This document shows positions 56,941-64,000 of a DNA stretch of 64,000 nucleotides, one piece after another. Each line of letters begins with the position of its first letter. Positions within the stretch are counted from its first letter, which is position 1. A program made the position numbers and the translations under genes. Under the pieces are notes generated by a model, which saw only the letters and a program-made list of their open reading frames with translations, searched no databases and was not told the DNA's origin. This DNA comes from Cercozoa sp. M6MM (Eukaryota > Protista > Endomyxa: Ascetosporea), in NCBI GenBank assembly GCA_040357565.1, contig JBDODJ010000003.1; one strand, written 5' to 3'.

Positions 56941-59900
56941 TTAATCGACTGGGTCTCGATCGACGAGACGCAGGCCCTGCAGGAAGCGGTTCTCCAGAGC
57001 ACGTCGATGCGCTTCGCGAGCCTGACGTCGCATGTGTCGCCACGAGTAGAAGGCGACGTGTGCCAACAGAAGCAGGCCCGGCATGACAAGTCGCAGGCAG
57101 TGCTGTCCGTGCGGACTGGTGAGCCACAGCATCGTATGCGATAACTGCAGCGCCGGCGACACTGCCTGCAAGTGCGCCAATGCTGCACTCACTCCGGCAG
57201 TCAGCAACGACGGCACGAAGCGCATTACCTAGAGACCCTTGTTTTTACTAGTCATGTTCGTACAAAAAAGACCTGTACCAAGACGGTTCGAATGACCGAG
57301 AAAGGAGAGCCATTGAATACGAACAGGTACACCATGGTGAAAGAGCTGCCGAGCCAGAGGACGGCCGCACTGCGCGTCCATGTCTGTTGCATATCATATA
57401 CATATAAGTACAGATAAAGCCCCAATATGTATAAAAAATAAAGTATGCGGCACCAGAGGAGAGTGAGCCCACAGCGAGTGCTGCACGAGGGTCGACAGCC
57501 ACTCGGCCTTGTCCTCCAGCAACAGCTTGCCCAGCACCAGCAGCGGCAGCACCACCGAGTCATAGATGAGGACACCCTGTGCACACACACACACACACAC
57601 TCCAGTACCCTACCCACAGGTACACAGGGAGAAGGGGTACCACACAGGCCGACAACACTAACATGGCCACAAAACTCGCCAGCGAAATCAGCATGAGTCG
57701 CCAGGGCACTCGACGTGCCTGCGGCAGCAGCAGCAGCAGCGACACGGCGCTGATCGCTGACACAACGAAGCGTTGCCTGCTCTCTGTTCCGACTGCTGCC
57801 TTCTGCAGCACCAGGTAGGCCACACCTACGCAGACCAGCTCCTTTTACCCCCTTACCTCCCTTAACCCCCTTGGGCAAACAATACCCCACAGCAGACACG
57901 CCAGGGCACTCCAGCACGTCAGCACGAATGCAACGATGCGCGCACGGTAGTGTGTCACGTACTCACTAGTCTGCTGGGCTATGTGTGACCAGTACGTTCG
58001 CGCGGATGTGTGAATATACAAGAGAACACAAAACAAAGTACTCTGCGGATCCAGGAGCACGAAATCGGCAATGTCAAAAAAGTGCGCGGTTTTTTCAATC
58101 ACGGTTTTCGTCACACTGGTCTATTCACATGCACTGAGTGGGCACATTGAGTGGTCACGTGGCCCAGGGTCACATAGGTGGTCACGTAGCCATTGCAAAA
58201 TGTACCAGAGGCGAGAAGACATTGTCGTGCGAGAACGGGTACACGAAGGCACTGGGGGGGGGGGGGGGCAAAGAGGTAAAGGGTAGAGGGTAATATGGTA
58301 GGAGGGGATAAGTACATCGCACTGTCGAGCGAACGACGCGGAATAGCAAAGAGCGGCAGCAGCACCGGCAACTCGAGCGCATCCAGCGGCACACGCAGCA
58401 GCACGAGACAGCACAGCAGCGAGAGTGCCAGGTCACAGCACAGCGAGAGTGCCTGTCGTGGCACTGGTGTGTGTACCGTGTGACTGAGTGCCTCACGGTT
58501 CCAACCCTCACCTAGGTGCTCAGTGGGCACGTGCCACACCAGTGTCTCGCGCAGTGCCACCAGTACGGCACGTGCGAACGAGTTGGCCACGATTCCGACC
58601 AGCAGACATCGCTGAAGCATCGCGGGAAACTCCGACTCGAACTGTGTCTGTGCATATCAGGTACTACAGTACCACCTCAGACACACTTGTTTACCAGTGT
58701 ACCTGCATCCGCGCGGACCATGCCTCGGAAGTGTCGACAAAAAGCACCGGGTCCAGACACCACAGTGCGAACAATCCAACGAGTAGACTCGAACCGACAC
58801 GTCGCAGCAGCAGTTTCGTCAGTGTCTTGGACACGTGGTACCAGTGATGCGACAGCTCACCCAGTAGCCACCTCAGTGTGAACAGTCGCAGTGGCACGTG
58901 GCCTCGTCGCGCACTCTCTCGCAGCAGCTTGTCCACCTCGCTATGCTGTACACACACATGTCTAACATATTTATATATACATAGATATATGTGTATATAC
59001 ATATTTTAATATGCATCTGTCCAAATGGACACACGGTGTACCGAACGCATGGAGTCGCGCACACCGCGCAGGAAGGGCAGCACACGACGCGGCGACACGA
59101 GAAAGTTGAGCGCACACACGGCACCCCAGGTGACCATGATGCCACGTCGGAGTACACTGAGTGTCTGCAGTACCACGTGACTCTCTGAGTCGACTTGACT
59201 GCACACATGCACTTGAGTGGAGACACACATGGCACGTGTCAACTGAAGTATACCCAAGCAGTCGTAGGCCGACCCAGTAGGGCACGAGTATGAAGGAGAC
59301 AAAGGCGACTTGGAGACACAGCACGTGCCACACCAAGAGTCGCAACAAGGCCGGCATACCGTTGCGACCCAGTATTGTGTCCAACGACACCTCCACTTTG
59401 GCCAACTCAAGGACAAGTCTCGGGAACAAGTCCCACTGAATGGCTACAACAAAATGGATCGGGGAGGAGGAGGAGGTAAACGCGCAAACTAGGGTACCGA
59501 AACCATCGCCTTCGAATTCATTGTCGATTTCGTCGTTCATTGTTGCCCAGAATTCATCTTCCTCGTCTTCTTGCTCGTCAGGGACGTAGTCAGAATCAGA
59601 GTCATCTGCTTCCGCACGGAAATCAACACCAGGGTAATCTTCCGCGCGGAAGTTAGCATCTGAGTCATCAGCAGCGTCAGATGCAACTTGATTTGCGCGG
59701 ATCAAAGCATGCGACACAGTGCTCCTGCGCTCGAGATGCGAATAAATCATGTCGACAAAGTACGCACGTGCTTGAAAAACGTCCCGCCGTTCGTGCTCGA
59801 ACTCTTCCCTGCCAACTGCTCGCTGCAGCGACTCGCGACTGCAAGCACAAGTGAGATACCTCTTTTTCTCAAGTCAAGTTTTCACACTTGAATTGAATTG

Positions 59901-60568
59901 TATAGAGATCTCTTCAGAAAGAGAGAGGGCTACAATGCGAACGGCAAACCAACGCACTGAACCGTCCAGAACAGTCCCAACACGTACTAAAAAACAAGAT
60001 TAATTCAGATCAGTCAAGCGCAATAAAAATGAATGGAACTATACCAGTTCAGCCAGATTCGCCTCGAAAATCAAGCGAAAACCCAATCCAGCCAGCAGAG
60101 GAGTCAAAGCCCACGCCCCCGCAACGAGTGAGTTGATCAAGAACCGCAAAGTCGACGCTTTTGTCGTTTTGAGTATCCAACCCAGCGTCGAAAACTCGCC
60201 CGAAACTGCGTGCATCCTTGCGGCACTCATACCAGGACGGTACACTTGCTCGAAGCGAATGAACGCGTGACACACTTCACCTGAGACACAGAAATAACTT
60301 GTCTATTCTTGCTTTCATAAAAACCTCCACGTCAGTCTCGGAAACGCATTTTACATCGGGCGTTGTCGAGGCGCTGTCCCTGTGATAAAATCCACTCCCG
60401 CAGACACGTAGCATGCGCAAACTGAATGCTGCCCGCGCACGCACAAGGCGACCTCAAAGGCTCCGAGTCTTCATTGTCAGAGTGGCAAATTCCTGCACTC
60501 CAATCGGTAGAACAAACAACCAACAAAGAAACAGAATCATGCTAAATAACCGTACGACAAGCACGCAT
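56941..60568 (-). CDS. MARCH6: RING-CH multi-TM E3 ligase MARCH6/Doa10
   Basis: MRAC|RICH...PLRSPCACAGSIQFAHATCLREW...CEVC...FEQVY; many TM exons; C-terminal ENRFLQGLRLVD element. Confidence 0.85.
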
Positions 60569-61197
60569 TTACGCAGCCAGAGGCCCGCCAATATGCAACT
60601 CTGACCTGTTAAAGTACAAAGTGTCGCCAATAACGCTCTATGGTGGTGTTTCGGCTCATGCGACGTGCCGGAGCCCGGACGGACCAGTTTTTTCACAAAA
60701 ACCGACAAGACAATCCATTGCCGGCGCTGAGACCGACACAGAGGTTTACGCGTGAGCTAACAAGCCAGGCAGCAGGCGGGCGCCAGGCGGGAGCGGGCCG
60801 AGGGTGTGAGATCATATACCCAAAAACATCTTCGACTGGCTGTGGGGCGAATCGTGGTATCATTTGCACGCCTGCCGTCCGTTGAACCCACGATTTGTCG
60901 GCGGCTGCATCCACTTTGCACAACTTTCGCGTGTTTACTCGTCTTTGCACTGCATTAAGGTGCGTTGCGGGCATGTTGCGGCCGCGCGGAAGCGGGTGCA
61001 GTTGCGCGGCCGTTGATTTTCCGTTTGCGTTTTTTTGCAACTGAGTGGTGTCTGTGTGTGCGTTGGATGCCGCCGGTGTTTCTTTGCGTCTGTACGCCTA
61101 CATACATGCTGTTGTGCTTCGTGCAGATACTAGGACTGTGCCTGTGCGCAAGAAGTACGCTACGTCCTACCGCTAGAGCAGCATCAACGACCAACGT

Positions 61198-63444
61198 ATG
61201 TCAGCAGGGGTGCCTCATCTCACCGAAGAAATGTCCAAGATGGACGTACGCGGGCACCAGCGCGCCAGCTCACAAGCACAAGCTCAAGGCAGCTCAAACC
61301 AGCAGCGTCAAGAGGAGTGCATGTACACAGCTGAGCGGTAAATTTAATTTTCCCGTTTTCTGCCAGTTCAAGTGCTAATTTCACCGAAATCTCTCCTTCT
61401 CGTTGTTGCTGACACTGGAGAGGTTCTAACCAATTTTGGGGCCGTTTTGGTTGTTTAAGGCAAGTTTAGAGTGGGTTTGACTCGGACCGGAGGTGTTTGG
61501 TGTGTGCGATTTTCTTTTGTCAGTTCGGCGGAGTTTGCTGTTTCGGAACTCTGAAGTCCGAGAGTGTTCGTGGTTTGCACTCTGCGTGTGCTGTATCTGC
61601 ACAAGTTGGCACTCTTCCAAGTGTTTTCCAGGGCTGTTTTTTCTCTGCGCACAGTTTCCACCCGCTCGCACACACAGCACTGTCTTTTTCTATCGATTGC
61701 CCAGAGCGAGTGAGTGATGCTGGAGGCTCCGAGCGACTCGTTTGAGCGCTTGTGCTGCGAGTTTGCAGTGAGTCGCAGCGAGGAAACTGATGAGAGTGCT
61801 TTGGAGGCGAGTGAGAGCACCACTCGAGTGATTCTGGTTCCATGCAGAGTGATCGGCACGGGCAGTTTCGGCGTCGTCTACCAGGCCACTGTCTCTGGTA
61901 CATCTTGACTTTTCGACTAGTGCTTCTTGCGCTGCTGGATCGGATGTGATGGTCCCACAGGAACGGGCGAGTCGGTAGCCATCAAAAAGGTGCTGCAGGA
62001 CCGTCGGTACAAGAACCGCGAGCACCAAATCATGCGCGTCGTCAAGCACCGCAACATCGTGGAAGTCAAGGACGCATTCTACTCGCGTGGTACTCTTTCC
62101 TTCCGGAACTTTGTTTCATTTGTATCTGCGTATGTATGTGTGTGTGTGTGTGTGAACAGGAGAGAGAAGGCAAGACATCTACCTGAACCTAGTGATGGAG
62201 TACATTCCCGAGACGGTGTCGCAGACGTGTCGCAACCACGCACGCGCACGGCAACTCATCCCGATGACGCTGGTCAAGGTCTACATGTACCAGATGTGCC
62301 GTGCCATGGCCTACTGCCACGCACGCGGCATCTGTCACCGTGACATCAAGCCGCAAAACCTGCTGCTCGACCCGCGCTCGCATATCGTCAAGCTGTGCGA
62401 CTTTGGCTCAGCCAAGGTGCTGCGTGAGGGTGCCCTTTTTGTCTCCCCCCCCCCCCCCACCCGGTATGCAAGTGTGTATGATATGCACAGGTGAACCCAA
62501 CAATGCCTACATCTGCTCGCGGTACTACCGAGCGCCCGAGCTTATTTTTGAGGCGCGTGACTACACGTGCGCCATCGACATGTGGTCACTCGGCTGCGTG
62601 TTCGCCGAGTTGCTGATCGGACACCCGCTGTTTCAGGGCAGCTCTGGGTACTCTCCCTTCCTTCCTTCTCCCTTCTTTCTGCCCTCCTCCTTCTCCCTTC
62701 TTTCTGCCTTCCTTCCTTCTTTCTGCCTTCCTTCCTTCTTTCTTTCCTTCGTTGCCCTTCGTTGCTTCAATGTAAAGTCTGCTATATGTGCTAATATGCT
62801 GGTGTGTGAGCGCAGTGTGGATCAACTTGTCGAGATGCTCAAGGTGCTGGGCGCACCGACGCGCGAGGACATCCTGGCCATGAACAAGCACTACACGCAG
62901 TTTAAGTTCCCAGTGGTGGAGCCGCACCCCTGGGAGAAGGTCTTCCGACACAAGGTACCCCCTCCCTCCCCACTTCATATAGAGTGCGTATGTTACCTTG
63001 CTTTCTGGACAGGCAACACACGAGGCGATCGACCTGATCAGCAAGCTGCTGGTGTACCACCCGGTACGCCGGTACACGGCACTGCAGGCGCTGTCGCACG
63101 AGTTCTTCGACGAGCTGCGCGCCGAGGGAGCCAAGCTGCCGAACGGCAAGCCGCTGCCGCAGCTGTTCGACTTCACGGCCGACGAGCTGCTGCAGATGCG
63201 TAAGCATGGCGTCGAGGAACGCCTGGTGCCGGCGCACCTGCGCGACGAGATCCTCGCCAGGGTTGGCGATCAGCTCTCAAGTGCTGGTAATCTGGCTCCT
63301 CCCTTCACGTCTTATACATCACGTCTTGTGCAAAATTAAATATATATATATATATATATATATAATGTGTATATTGTGGCAGAGGCACAAGTGTTGGCAC
63401 AACAGCGGGAGGCCACGTCGCCTTCGGCCATGCAGCAAGACTAG
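61198..63444 (+). CDS. GSK3: Glycogen synthase kinase 3/shaggy kinase
   Basis: YTAER|[57 protein letters not shown]. Confidence 0.96.
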
Positions 63445-63758
63445 TGCGCGCAGTACACGCCAGATCCGATTTATTCTTCACTCTGGGAATTCACGGAGCG
63501 ATCATGTGTCGCAGTCGCAAGCAACACGACAACACACACGGCGCTACGCTCACGCAACTAAGCTTGCATTTTTCAATTTCAATTTGCCGCTGAATTCAGC
63601 TTTTACAGGATAAACATCGATAGCTGTACAAGTACATCGATACGATAGCGTGGGGATCTGCTGCGTTTTTTCATTTTTCGACTTCTTTCAACTGGGCGCA
63701 AGTCAACGTCTAAGCGAACAGTGTGCTGCTGCAGTGTGCTACCACAGCATAAACTATC

Positions 63759-64000
63759 ATGAGTGCACCTGAACCGCAGAAGGAGTCAAGTGGGGTAGCT
63801 AATTTTTTGTAAGCTGAGGGTTGAGTTGCATTCTTGTGTTTCCACAGGACAAAAAGACTGCTCCCGTGAGGCCACCAGAGTTTGAATTGACTGAATGGGT
63901 ACTATCTTTTGTATTGTCTTTTGAGTAAAAGTCACACCGACGCTGCATAGAATGCAGTGGCCATGTGGAGCTGGGACATTGACACCGACATCTGCGCCAT
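63759..64000 (+). CDS. RBX1: RING-box protein RBX1/ROC1, 5' part
   Basis: FELTEW|NAVAMWSWDIDTDICAI matches the RBX N-terminal motif; RBX2 not excluded. Confidence 0.85.

Noticed and set aside
61787-61830. Hammerhead-like CTGATGA followed by a GAGTG/CACTC stem in the GSK3 intron
   Set aside because: The stem is followed by GAGT instead of the required GAAA, and stems I and III are not evident.

Overview
Gene-dense eukaryotic (protist-like) genomic DNA in the standard genetic code. It carries about 23 protein-coding genes interrupted by many short (mostly 50-110 nt) GT-AG introns, so the six-frame ORF track is mostly exon fragments. I rebuilt the gene models by hand, and their ends are approximate. 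Recognisable genes: GT69/CAP59 mannosyltransferase, Dgk1/phytol-kinase-like, APMAP/strictosidine-synthase-like, CCDC146, ELO elongase, 5'-nucleotidase, ABHD11-like, UNC-45, a RAD51 paralog, a DFR/CCR-like SDR, CARNMT1, a CBS protein, a signal-peptide HSP20, MARCH6/Doa10, GSK3 and RBX1. There is also a young 5'-truncated non-LTR retrotransposon (RT-RNase H-Zn knuckle) with a perfect 15-bp TSD, and a 65-bp relic of a related element. Most interesting: (1) a four-TM receptor made of two tandem chemoreceptor-like TM-helical sensor-TM modules fused to an RGS domain; (2) LINE insertions at a GTTAG/GTTCAG motif that marks gene 3' ends, with a structured LINE 3' UTR; (3) recurrent intron-specific sequence words shared by unrelated genes; (4) tandem UPRE-like boxes upstream of a secretory-pathway small HSP. 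The organism cannot be identified from this window. Family calls rest on recalled motifs, not database searches.
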